NCBI GenBank assembly: GCA_043758025.1
Contig: JAYVOH010000098.1
Coordinates: forward strand, 199 to 64,198
Source of the DNA: Verrucomicrobiota bacterium
GTDB taxonomy: Bacteria > Verrucomicrobiota > Verrucomicrobiia > Verrucomicrobiales > Verrucomicrobiaceae
Length of the DNA: 64,000 nt
Direction: 5' to 3'
In this document: positions 35,579 to 43,647 of the stretch, in pieces
How positions within the stretch are numbered: the first letter of the stretch is position 1
Layout of the letters: every line of letters begins with the position of its first letter
Translations under genes and position numbers: made by a program
The notes under the pieces: model-generated
The model's input: the letters and a program-made list of their open reading frames with translations, nothing else
What the model was told of the DNA's origin: nothing
The model's database searches: none

Positions 35579-36430
35579 TCAAGATTCAAAACGCCGTCCG
35601 GTCGGATAGCTGCCGACGCTGCGGATATTGGATGCGATGGCACGCGCTTTTTCAAGAGCGGCCTCAACTTGCGGCAGCGCGGGCGAGCCTTCGATCTCGA
35701 TATAGAAGCGATATGTGTTTGGCTTGCCGCGAATGGGGCGTGACTCGATGCGCTTCAAGCTCACGCGCGCCTCCGAGAACGGGGAGAGAAAAGCGCAAAG
35801 GATGCCCGGCTTGTCCGGAAGTTCCACGGCGAGCGCGGTGCGATTGTTTGCGGGCGAGGGGGATTTTTCCTGATGACCGATGAGAAAGAATTGCGTGACG
35901 TTCACCAGGCCGTCGTTGATGGGAAACTCCAGGAGGTCGAGTCCGTGCAGACGGGCGTTGCCACGGCTCCCGATGGCGGCGGAGTTCGGCTCCTGCGCAG
36001 CGCGCGCGGCCGCTTGCGAGGTGCTGGGCAGGGGAACGCGGCGCGCGTTCGGGTGCTGCGCTTTCAGCCATTCATCACAATGATAAAAGGGCATGTAATG
36101 CGAATAGATCACGTCCACGGGACGGCCCAGCTTTCCGAGCAGTGCGAGCTTCACATCCAGCGTCAGTTCCTCGCGAATTTTCAGATGGCATTGCGGATCC
36201 ATCAAGCGATCCACCGTGGCCATGATGATGCCGCCGGATGAATTCTCGATGGGAACAATGCCGAGCGCGTCCGGCTTGTTCGCGAGCCAGTCGAAGACTT
36301 CCTCCACGCTGCCGAGCGTGGTGATTTCTCCGGCGGGCGCGAATTGGGTGGCCACCAGATGAGAGAAACTCCCCTCGGGGCCGAGGCAGGCGATGACTTC
36401 GGGCATGACGCCTTTCATAAACGCAAACAT
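35579..36430 (-). CDS. pheA: Prephenate dehydratase
   Basis: PDT domain (..LGPEGSFSH..) and ACT domain with ..LKRIESRPIRG..YRFYIEIEG... 283 aa. Confidence 0.85.
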   Translation of the reverse strand: MFAFMKGVMPEVIACLGPEGSFSHLVATQFAPAGEITTLGSVEEVFDWLANKPDALGIVPIENSSGGIIMATVDRLMDPQCHLKIREELTLDVKLALLGKLGRPVDVIYSHYMPFYHCDEWLKAQHPNARRVPLPSTSQAAARAAQEPNSAAIGSRGNARLHGLDLLEFPINDGLVNVTQFFLIGHQEKSPSPANNRTALAVELPDKPGILCAFLSPFSEARVSLKRIESRPIRGKPNTYRFYIEIEGSPALPQVEAALEKARAIASNIRSVGSYPTGRRFES

Positions 36431-36610
36431 CGCGGCAATCCAGACCGTTTCGCAGACATTGCGGATTTCTGATTGCGCGGCTGTTCTGCGATGCAGGTGG
36501 GCCGCTTGTTCGGGTCGATGCGTAGCGGAAAATATTAAGATGAAATGAATCTAAAACTCACGCTTTGTATTCACGGCAATTATTGCTAAGATGCGCCCTC
36601 TCGATTTCCC

Positions 36611-38782
36611 ATGACTTCCGCTGCCGCGACCGCAACCCATCATGCCACCATCAATGGTTTGGAGAATGTGCCGAGTGTCGGTGTGCTCATCATTCCGAGC
36701 AGGCTGGGGTTCTCTGATCTGATCAATTTGGAAAAAATGCTTCCCGGGCGGGAGCTGGTTTATTTGATCGAGCACGACGCGCAGTTCTCGGCGGAATTAA
36801 AAAAGCATCTGCACAGCGACGGAGTCCATGCCCTTGAAATACCCCCTGGCCCGGCAAAAGCGGATGCGCTGCATCGCGAGATCCAAGGCGCCGCCGCCGC
36901 TGGCAAAGTCATCATCTATGTGCCTTCAGAGTTGGTGGCCCCCGGCGCCCCCCTGTGCACCATCCCAGGCGCGAAGCTCGAATTTCTCATGCAGTTGAAG
37001 TTGCCGGTGCTGCCTCTCCACGTGCTGCACACCCATGATCTCGCCATGGCTATTGAGAGGAAGAGGCCGTCAGACGCGGCGGTCTTCTCTTTCGGCACCG
37101 TGGTGTCCGAGGGTTCGGTGGCAGCGATTCAGGAGTCACTCTTGCTGCTCTCGGAGAAAAGCTTCTCCCGGCTTCCGCTGCTTGATCTGCATCTGGCGCG
37201 CGCACTATTGATGGGATTAAAAAAACACCGTTCTCACGCCTGTGTCATTGACGGGAAAGACGACAGGATTTTCAGCTTCGATAGGATTCTGGCCCTGGCC
37301 ATCGTGCTCAGCAAGCACATCCGGTCCGCCACCAAGAAAAACCGGGTGGGCATCATCCTCCCTCCGTGTGGGGCCTCCACGGTAGCCAACGTCGCGGTGC
37401 TGCTGGCCGGGAAAGTTCCGGTGAATCTCAATTTCACGGCGGGTCGCGCCGCGATTGAAAGCGCTATGAAGCAGGCCGAGACCGATCACTACATCACCTC
37501 CGATTTGTTTGTTCGGAAAGTGCAGACTTTCCCGTGGCCGCCCAACCGCCAGCTCACTTTCATCGAGCGACTCCTGCCGATGAAGAAGGGGGCCATCATC
37601 TTTTGGTCGGCCGTCTCCAAGTTTCTCCCGACCTCCATCCTCGCGATGGTTCTGGGCGTTCCCAAAAAAGGCGGCGACTCCGAGGCCACGCTCCTTTTCA
37701 CCAGCGGCAGCAGCGGCGACCCCAAGGGCGTGGTGATGAGCCATCGCAATCTCATGGCCAACATCTGCCAGTTCAGTTCGCGCCTGAATCTGAAGCGTGG
37801 AGACAGTATCCTCGGCTGCCTGCCGCTCTTTCACTGCTTCGGCAGCACGGTGACGCTCTGGTATCCCATGGTCCAAGGGATCAATGTGGTGACTTATCCC
37901 ACGCCGCTGGAGATCAAAAAACTCGCCGAGCTGGTGCACAAGCACAAGATCACCGTGATGATTTCCACCCCGACCTTCCTGCGCGGTTATCTCAAGGGCG
38001 TGAACCCTGAGATGCTGGCGTCATTGAATCTCATTGTCACCGGCGCGGAGAAACTACCCAGGGCGGTGGCCGATGCCTTCGAATCGCGCTTCGGAAAAAA
38101 AGTTTACGAAGGATATGGCCTCACGGAAACCTCGCCCGTCTCCAATGTCAACCTGCCCGATCCCGTGCCACCCAGTGGAGCCGGTGATAGCTCGGTCATG
38201 ACCACTCATCGCCCGGGCAGCGTCGGCCAGTTGGTGCCGGGCTTGGCGATGAAAATCACCGTGCCGGAATCTGACTCGCCCCTCAGCTTGCATCAAAGCG
38301 GCATGATCTGGTTCAAGGGGGCCAATGTTTTCAAAGGCTATCTAAAAAATCCCAAGAAGACGGAGGAGGTCATTCAGGACGGATGGTTCCGCACTGGTGA
38401 CATCGGACGCATGGATGCAGATGGTTTCCTCTATATTGAAGGCCGTCTCAGCCGTTTCTCGAAGATCGGCGGCGAAATGGTGCCGCACGAAACCGTTGAG
38501 GAGAACCTGGTCAGAGCCCTGAATCTCGAAAGTGAAAGCAACCGCTGCATCGCTGTGGTCGGCATCCCCGACGCGGACAAAGGTGAGGCGCTGGTGATGC
38601 TCACCACCTTGCCCGGCGGTTCCGTGCAGCAGGAGATTCTCGATCTGCGTTACAAGCTGCTCGATCGAGGCATGACGCCGCTCTGGATACCCAAAAAGAT
38701 GATCCGCGTTCAGGAAATTCCCGTGCTGGCCAGCGGCAAGCTTGATATCAAAGCGTGTGAAGTCATCGCGATGACTGCGTGA
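36611..38782 (+). CDS. Aas-like bifunctional-type protein: degenerate acyltransferase-like N-domain + AMP-dependent acyl-(ACP/CoA) synthetase
   Basis: AMP-binding motifs LLFTSGSSGDPKGVVMSHRNL, YGLTETSP, GWFRTGDIG and the terminal ..ASGKLD. The N-terminal ~230 aa resembles PlsC-type acyltransferase, but the HxxxxD position reads PSRLGFSD. Confidence 0.8.
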   Translation: MTSAAATATHHATINGLENVPSVGVLIIPSRLGFSDLINLEKMLPGRELVYLIEHDAQFSAELKKHLHSDGVHALEIPPGPAKADALHREIQGAAAAGKVIIYVPSELVAPGAPLCTIPGAKLEFLMQLKLPVLPLHVLHTHDLAMAIERKRPSDAAVFSFGTVVSEGSVAAIQESLLLLSEKSFSRLPLLDLHLARALLMGLKKHRSHACVIDGKDDRIFSFDRILALAIVLSKHIRSATKKNRVGIILPPCGASTVANVAVLLAGKVPVNLNFTAGRAAIESAMKQAETDHYITSDLFVRKVQTFPWPPNRQLTFIERLLPMKKGAIIFWSAVSKFLPTSILAMVLGVPKKGGDSEATLLFTSGSSGDPKGVVMSHRNLMANICQFSSRLNLKRGDSILGCLPLFHCFGSTVTLWYPMVQGINVVTYPTPLEIKKLAELVHKHKITVMISTPTFLRGYLKGVNPEMLASLNLIVTGAEKLPRAVADAFESRFGKKVYEGYGLTETSPVSNVNLPDPVPPSGAGDSSVMTTHRPGSVGQLVPGLAMKITVPESDSPLSLHQSGMIWFKGANVFKGYLKNPKKTEEVIQDGWFRTGDIGRMDADGFLYIEGRLSRFSKIGGEMVPHETVEENLVRALNLESESNRCIAVVGIPDADKGEALVMLTTLPGGSVQQEILDLRYKLLDRGMTPLWIPKKMIRVQEIPVLASGKLDIKACEVIAMTA
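38735..38782 (+). repeat. Direct repeat copy 1 (3' end of Aas-like gene, ..GKLDIKACEVIAMTA*)
   Basis: Aligns with 43591-43638. The exact 23-nt core ATCAAAGCGTGTGAAGTCATCGC lies at 38747-38769. Confidence 0.85.
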
Positions 38783-39137
38783 CTTGCGGTCCTTATTTTT
38801 TCTGCGGCAGATTCAACTTCATTGATTGCGCCACGGCATATCCGGCGAGCTTGGAGATCGCGCAGAGTGGTCGGGAGGGAGGACTTGCTCGTATGCTGAG
38901 TTCGTGAAGTGGCTGCTGTAACCGCACGCGATTCACCGCGCCCTACCGACTGCAAGCCAAGGGGAAGTCAAGACATACAGAGACGGAGCAGCCTCCCGCA
39001 AGCACAAGACAAGAAATGAAAGAAACTACTGCTACAGACTACACTACGTTGTAACAAGTTTACTCATAAGCTGACGCAGAGTGTTTCAGCGGAGGGTAAG
39101 CGCATATCCGCGAACGGCGGCGTTGTGTTAGAGTTGG

Positions 39138-40130
39138 CTATCTAGCACCGAGTTTCGGCTCAAGGTTTCTATCATTTGGAGATGGGTTTCGAAAGCCGTC
39201 CACGACCGCAAAGTGATCGCCACCCGCTATCATTCTAAATCGAACCTTGGCAAAGGAATTATCAGGTAGTTGCAGCCAGTAGTTCTTTGTCTCGGTATCC
39301 CTCCATTTTCGAATACCAAGTGACTTCGGCATATCAATTACTGTTGAAGTAGTATAACCTTTAACAGGTGCTTCAAAAGCGGTGCTATCTGTCACTTCTT
39401 GGATGCCTCCGCCATTTACGATGATTTCGCATCGCCAATCAAACGGTGCTGCTGAGTCGTCAGTGTGGGCTTCGCTTTCACACTTCACGGTCAAGATCGG
39501 TGATCCCTTCCGACTTAAGCTAATCGGTAAAGCAACTCCGTTCCGAGGAATTTTTGCTTGTCCATTGAGCCGTTCAAGAACCACCGGATTGCCAGGCTTC
39601 CGAAGGTTGAAAATTGCTGGACGACTTGGATCGGATTTATGGACTCCACGGCCGGTATCAGCAGCAAAGTCAAATCCCTGCGAAGTAGGCTTTAACTGGC
39701 CTCCACGATCAATGTCGTCGTAGCCGTCCTTCGACACGCGCACATGAAGGCTTGCACCATTCGCACGGATTGTAAACCTGCCATCAGCAGCGGAAGATGT
39801 GGAGAGTGGAGTGCCAGATTGAAGATTATTGAGAACCGTCGCACTGACGGTTGCGCCTTGCACTGGGTTCTGATTCTGATCTAGCACAATGCCATAAAAC
39901 GTGATCGGCGTTTGAAGCAATGCTAGCATTGGCTTGGCCTCTGAAGCTGGCGGTGATTGATTGCCGACATTTGTCGGCAACAGAGTTGAAGCTTCCGTTG
40001 TGTATGGCTTTGACGCCAAAGTATCGACTCTACTTTGTTTGCTGGACGAATCGGGTCGGAGACACAAAAACAGCAGTGTTACCAGAAGTAAGACCCCACT
40101 TATCCAAACAATCTTCCTTGGTGTGCTCAT
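39138..40130 (-). CDS. Membrane-anchored protein with carboxypeptidase-regulatory-like beta-sandwich domain
   Basis: N-terminal TM anchor IVWISGVLLLVTLLFLCL, and ..FYGIVLDQNQNPVQGATVSATV...ADGRFTI.. (CarboxypepD_reg pattern). ATGA overlap with the upstream gene. Visibly low GC. Confidence 0.65.
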   Translation of the reverse strand: MSTPRKIVWISGVLLLVTLLFLCLRPDSSSKQSRVDTLASKPYTTEASTLLPTNVGNQSPPASEAKPMLALLQTPITFYGIVLDQNQNPVQGATVSATVLNNLQSGTPLSTSSAADGRFTIRANGASLHVRVSKDGYDDIDRGGQLKPTSQGFDFAADTGRGVHKSDPSRPAIFNLRKPGNPVVLERLNGQAKIPRNGVALPISLSRKGSPILTVKCESEAHTDDSAAPFDWRCEIIVNGGGIQEVTDSTAFEAPVKGYTTSTVIDMPKSLGIRKWRDTETKNYWLQLPDNSFAKVRFRMIAGGDHFAVVDGFRNPSPNDRNLEPKLGAR

Positions 40131-42364
40131 GGCATTGGGTTTGGGTTGATTCTGAAAGTGTAGAGAAGCTCACGCCATACTCCAAATGTCCTCTGAAGCG
40201 ACCAAATCCACTCCGCGCTGTGTTCACTGCCGAACAGTGACCGGTAGTTGTTCTCGAAAACGAATCTGTCCATGTCGATTTGCCAAGCCCCTGGCATTTC
40301 TAAATTGGTCGGTGTTCGACCGGCGGGTAGGGATTGCGTCCGAGTCACGAACGCCATGGCCTCTTCTTCCATTGTAACAGCATGATTTGAGAATAGGTCG
40401 AATCGAATTAGCTTACTCTTTGTTCCATGTCCGTCGCCAAGATCCCAGCCGCTATTTGAATACTCGTAGGTGCGATCGGTGACACTGTTTGGTTTGTTTA
40501 TTGTTTGATTGAGGCTCCAAGCCGTCGTTGCAAAGTCATCCTCAAGATAGAAATTGGTAACTGTCGCTGTGATGCCACTGAACTTCCCAGAAAGACCGAA
40601 CTTCGTCCGGATTGATGCGTCATCGTCCGTGTCTGGTGTGGCCAAGTTCGGAATGTCAATTCGGGTGGGGTCATATGATTGTGCGGCCATCGCAGCATTG
40701 AAAAGCGCATATCGTGAGACTCCAGTCATTCCCTGGAGAAACGCAGAACCGACAACTACATTTCCCATGCTATGCGCCATGATGTTCTTGGTGTAGCCGC
40801 TGGGTAGGGATGCCACATACGACTTCAGCGCCGCACCTGAGAGCCATGCACGATACTCGCTCTTGTTGTAAGTCAGGTAGCCATTGAGCGCACTTGTTGC
40901 AGGATTGAAAGTTGGCCAACTAAAGAAAGCATATCGTCCTTTATAGCCCAGATGCCACAATCGTTTGAATGTAGTGTTTGCCCAAGTCTGTGCTTCAGCA
41001 TACGTCATGCGCCAGCTGTGAACGTGGATGATGTATTGCTTGGTTTCGTCTGGATCTGTCTGGAACGCATTTCCATTTGGGTCAGTGGTTGACTGGAAGA
41101 TCAATGGCTCAGCTGTCACCCATGGGTCAGGAACGTTGTCAGGTTCAGCCATGGGAGCTGCAACCTTGCCGCGCTCGAACATCTCTTGGACGTCCATGAG
41201 TTTGATCCAAACGCCAGCCCCCTCGGCTTCTGCTGTAGAGCCAAACTTGATGACCATGGCAAGCTGTGCTGTTCCTTTTTCACAGCCTTCAAAAATAAAG
41301 TTCAATTTCGATGTTCCTGCCGCCACACCATGCCAGTAGGAGATTGGTAGAAATGTGGTCTGGCTTCCCTTCACATCAAGCACAGATTTCTGGTGGTCAG
41401 GGTCAACCTGCAAGTTAGCCTCATATTTGTAAAACAAGTATCTCTCATCTCCTTCGTCACCTTGCGCTTTGTAAACGCGAATTCGTGGGCCGATGCCATT
41501 TACCCATTTAAACCCAACCTGCAGTTCACCCGCTTTGGCTTTCTGCACGATGGCCGACGGCAATCTCACATGCAGGCGCGTGAAGTCCTCAAGGTCACGC
41601 ACTCCATCAATGTGACCTAGTGTCGGAGAAGAACGCCAGTCCGCAAATTCAGGCGGCGAAAGCTCGTCCCTCTTCATTGCTGTCTCAACATCTTCTCCGA
41701 GAGTATAAGGATCATCATCGTTATTGATCCAGAACCTAAACGGCTTTTGTTGGCTGGTCGTGTCTTTCTCATCGAAAGTGATTTCACCATCCCTGTTGGC
41801 GTCCACTGCTAAGTCAATAGGCAGTAAACACAAGATCACAGAAATGCCATCCTGATCATTGACGCCGGGTTTATACCACTTTTGACAGTAGTGAAGCTGG
41901 ATGTCGTAAGTTTTGCCAGATATGAATACACTCGGCCACGGTCTGGCTCCATTTAAAATATCGTGTCCTTTGTCATATTCTTCCAACCATGGCTTGGTTG
42001 TGTTATCAATATTCATTTCACAGCCATCATCGGACACTAGCGTCATCAGGCAGATGAACGACTGGCCATGTTTAGCTTCCGGCAATCTGAGCGCTCCGTC
42101 GTAGGTCTTGCCTATGGCTGTGCCTTGCGTGGCATCCATGTTTTTAATCTTGAGTTTACCACTTTTTGCTTTTTCTATCTCCTTAGTATAATCTGCATAA
42201 CTTTTCGTGTGCACGACGACGCTGGGAAAGTCTCCTGTGACGTTGGCATTAGTTGGATCTTGGGCTTGAAGCAGTGCTCCCGCACCATGAAGAATGCAGA
42301 CGGCGATCAACCCTGCACGAATTCCGGGACCATTTGAGAGTAATCTGAAATGCTTTATGGTCAT
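40127..42364 (-). CDS. Secreted multidomain protein with C-terminal DUF900-type alpha/beta hydrolase (lipase/esterase-like)
   Basis: Signal peptide. The C-terminal part ..IIHVHSWRM..GYKGRYAFFSWPT..NIMAHSMGNVVV.. matches the DUF900 pattern (HG.. / FSWPS / nucleophile elbow HSMG). The N-terminal PA14-like pattern (..SDDGCEMNID..GKTYDIQLHY..) is tentative. Acidic Ca-binding-like motifs DANRDGEI and FWINNDDD. Confidence 0.7.
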   Translation of the reverse strand: MTIKHFRLLSNGPGIRAGLIAVCILHGAGALLQAQDPTNANVTGDFPSVVVHTKSYADYTKEIEKAKSGKLKIKNMDATQGTAIGKTYDGALRLPEAKHGQSFICLMTLVSDDGCEMNIDNTTKPWLEEYDKGHDILNGARPWPSVFISGKTYDIQLHYCQKWYKPGVNDQDGISVILCLLPIDLAVDANRDGEITFDEKDTTSQQKPFRFWINNDDDPYTLGEDVETAMKRDELSPPEFADWRSSPTLGHIDGVRDLEDFTRLHVRLPSAIVQKAKAGELQVGFKWVNGIGPRIRVYKAQGDEGDERYLFYKYEANLQVDPDHQKSVLDVKGSQTTFLPISYWHGVAAGTSKLNFIFEGCEKGTAQLAMVIKFGSTAEAEGAGVWIKLMDVQEMFERGKVAAPMAEPDNVPDPWVTAEPLIFQSTTDPNGNAFQTDPDETKQYIIHVHSWRMTYAEAQTWANTTFKRLWHLGYKGRYAFFSWPTFNPATSALNGYLTYNKSEYRAWLSGAALKSYVASLPSGYTKNIMAHSMGNVVVGSAFLQGMTGVSRYALFNAAMAAQSYDPTRIDIPNLATPDTDDDASIRTKFGLSGKFSGITATVTNFYLEDDFATTAWSLNQTINKPNSVTDRTYEYSNSGWDLGDGHGTKSKLIRFDLFSNHAVTMEEEAMAFVTRTQSLPAGRTPTNLEMPGAWQIDMDRFVFENNYRSLFGSEHSAEWIWSLQRTFGVWRELLYTFRINPNPMP

Positions 42365-43413
42365 GGGCGGGGCTTGGGCTTGACTTCGGTGTTGGTTGCT
42401 TTCTTTTTTAAAACTTTCTCAGCAGCATCTTTTTTTGCTTTGGCAGCCGCGATCCATTTGTCAAAATATTTTCGACATGGCGCAAGGTTGCCATCCGTTC
42501 GCAGCATTGCTGCCTCTGTCCGGGCTTGGTCGTATCGGCCCGTTGAGAGATAAATCACTGCGAGGTTGTAATGAACATCGTCCAAGTCATTTCCTTCTCC
42601 CGGTCTGATGAAGCGCGGCGCAAGACTTTTTAGTAACTGAATGGCGCATTCTGTGTTCGCCTGACCTCCAAGTGCTTGAGCCTCCTGTGCCGCATCCTTG
42701 GTAAGGCTCAATACCTTATCACTAGAGAAATGTTCCGACGACGGTTCAAGCGCAGCCAGGAGTTCACTCATCCAGCCACGCCGAACCAAATGCGTCAGCC
42801 AGCTGCTGGAACGGGCGGCAAACTGTTTATCCTTGGGGAAATTGCCTGTGTTGATCAAATCACATATGTAAAAAATGATCCTTCGCGCCATGATGCGGCG
42901 GGTTTCGGGCGTGAAGGCAACGGGGTCCTGGGAATTCATCATATAACCCAATGAGAACTCCCATTTCGCACGTCGCTCATTGCCGGTCAGTTCCGCATCA
43001 CACACAGCCAGGATCACTCGCAGGCCGGCGCACATGCCGGGCCAGTCTTTCGCTTCGTCAAGGTAAGCGTATGCCGTGGTTTCCGGCACATAACCCGTGG
43101 TGGTAATAGAAAATGGTGGCACAATGGTGTCACCTTTGGCCTTGTCCAGATAGGTCATGACACGAGTGCGGATGATTGCTGCATCAAAAGCGTAATTGGA
43201 AGCGAGTGCTTTCAAATAATCGATGTCCACATTGGTCTTGCGCCATTCTCGATCAAACAAGCGCTGAAACTCTGTAGGTTCCGTAGTTGTTCCACTCTGG
43301 CTTTCGCCAGACTGCGCATTGATGAGGCCGCATGGGAAAATCACTGCCATGACAAGCCATAGCCATGCTCCGCAACTCAATGGGAGACTCCTGAAGTTTA
43401 TGAGACGAGTCAT
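42361..43413 (-). CDS. Secreted helical (TPR-like C-terminus) protein
   Basis: The signal peptide begins at MTRLINFRSLPLSCGAWLWLVMAVIFPCGLINAQ (ATG 43413; the ORF opens at 43473). The C-terminus ..YNLAVIYLSTGRYDQARTEA.. is TPR-like. ATGA overlap with the downstream gene. Confidence 0.6.
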   Translation of the reverse strand: MTRLINFRSLPLSCGAWLWLVMAVIFPCGLINAQSGESQSGTTTEPTEFQRLFDREWRKTNVDIDYLKALASNYAFDAAIIRTRVMTYLDKAKGDTIVPPFSITTTGYVPETTAYAYLDEAKDWPGMCAGLRVILAVCDAELTGNERRAKWEFSLGYMMNSQDPVAFTPETRRIMARRIIFYICDLINTGNFPKDKQFAARSSSWLTHLVRRGWMSELLAALEPSSEHFSSDKVLSLTKDAAQEAQALGGQANTECAIQLLKSLAPRFIRPGEGNDLDDVHYNLAVIYLSTGRYDQARTEAAMLRTDGNLAPCRKYFDKWIAAAKAKKDAAEKVLKKKATNTEVKPKPRP

Positions 43414-43590
43414 TTCAGTGTTCTCCGTTGTTCGTAGAATGGAAATGGTTAACCCCAGTTTGGTTGCTGGCAATCAACAAATGGTAGATTTTCGTTACCG
43501 ACCATGCCGTGCTGATAGAATGGTGAAGGCAATCGATTGCGCCCGGCTTGATGCGAATACAAGCCGATGAAAAGAATGGTGTCCGGCTGC

Positions 43591-43638
43591 GGCAAGCTGG
43601 ACATCAAAGCGTGTGAAGTCATCGCCAGGAACGCATGA
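43591..43638 (+). repeat. Direct repeat copy 2 (orphan copy of Aas-like gene 3' end, ..GKLDIKACEVIARNA*)
   Basis: The 23-nt exact core lies at 43603-43625, with flanking partial identity. No gene body upstream. Confidence 0.85.
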
Positions 43639-43647
43639 CCGAAGCTC

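Noticed and set aside
38783-39137. 355-nt non-coding stretch at the left end of the Aas-linked islet, inspected for a tRNA, tmRNA or integrase remnant
   Set aside because: I could not fold a cloverleaf and saw no recombinase-like translation in any frame. It remains unexplained but has no positive evidence.
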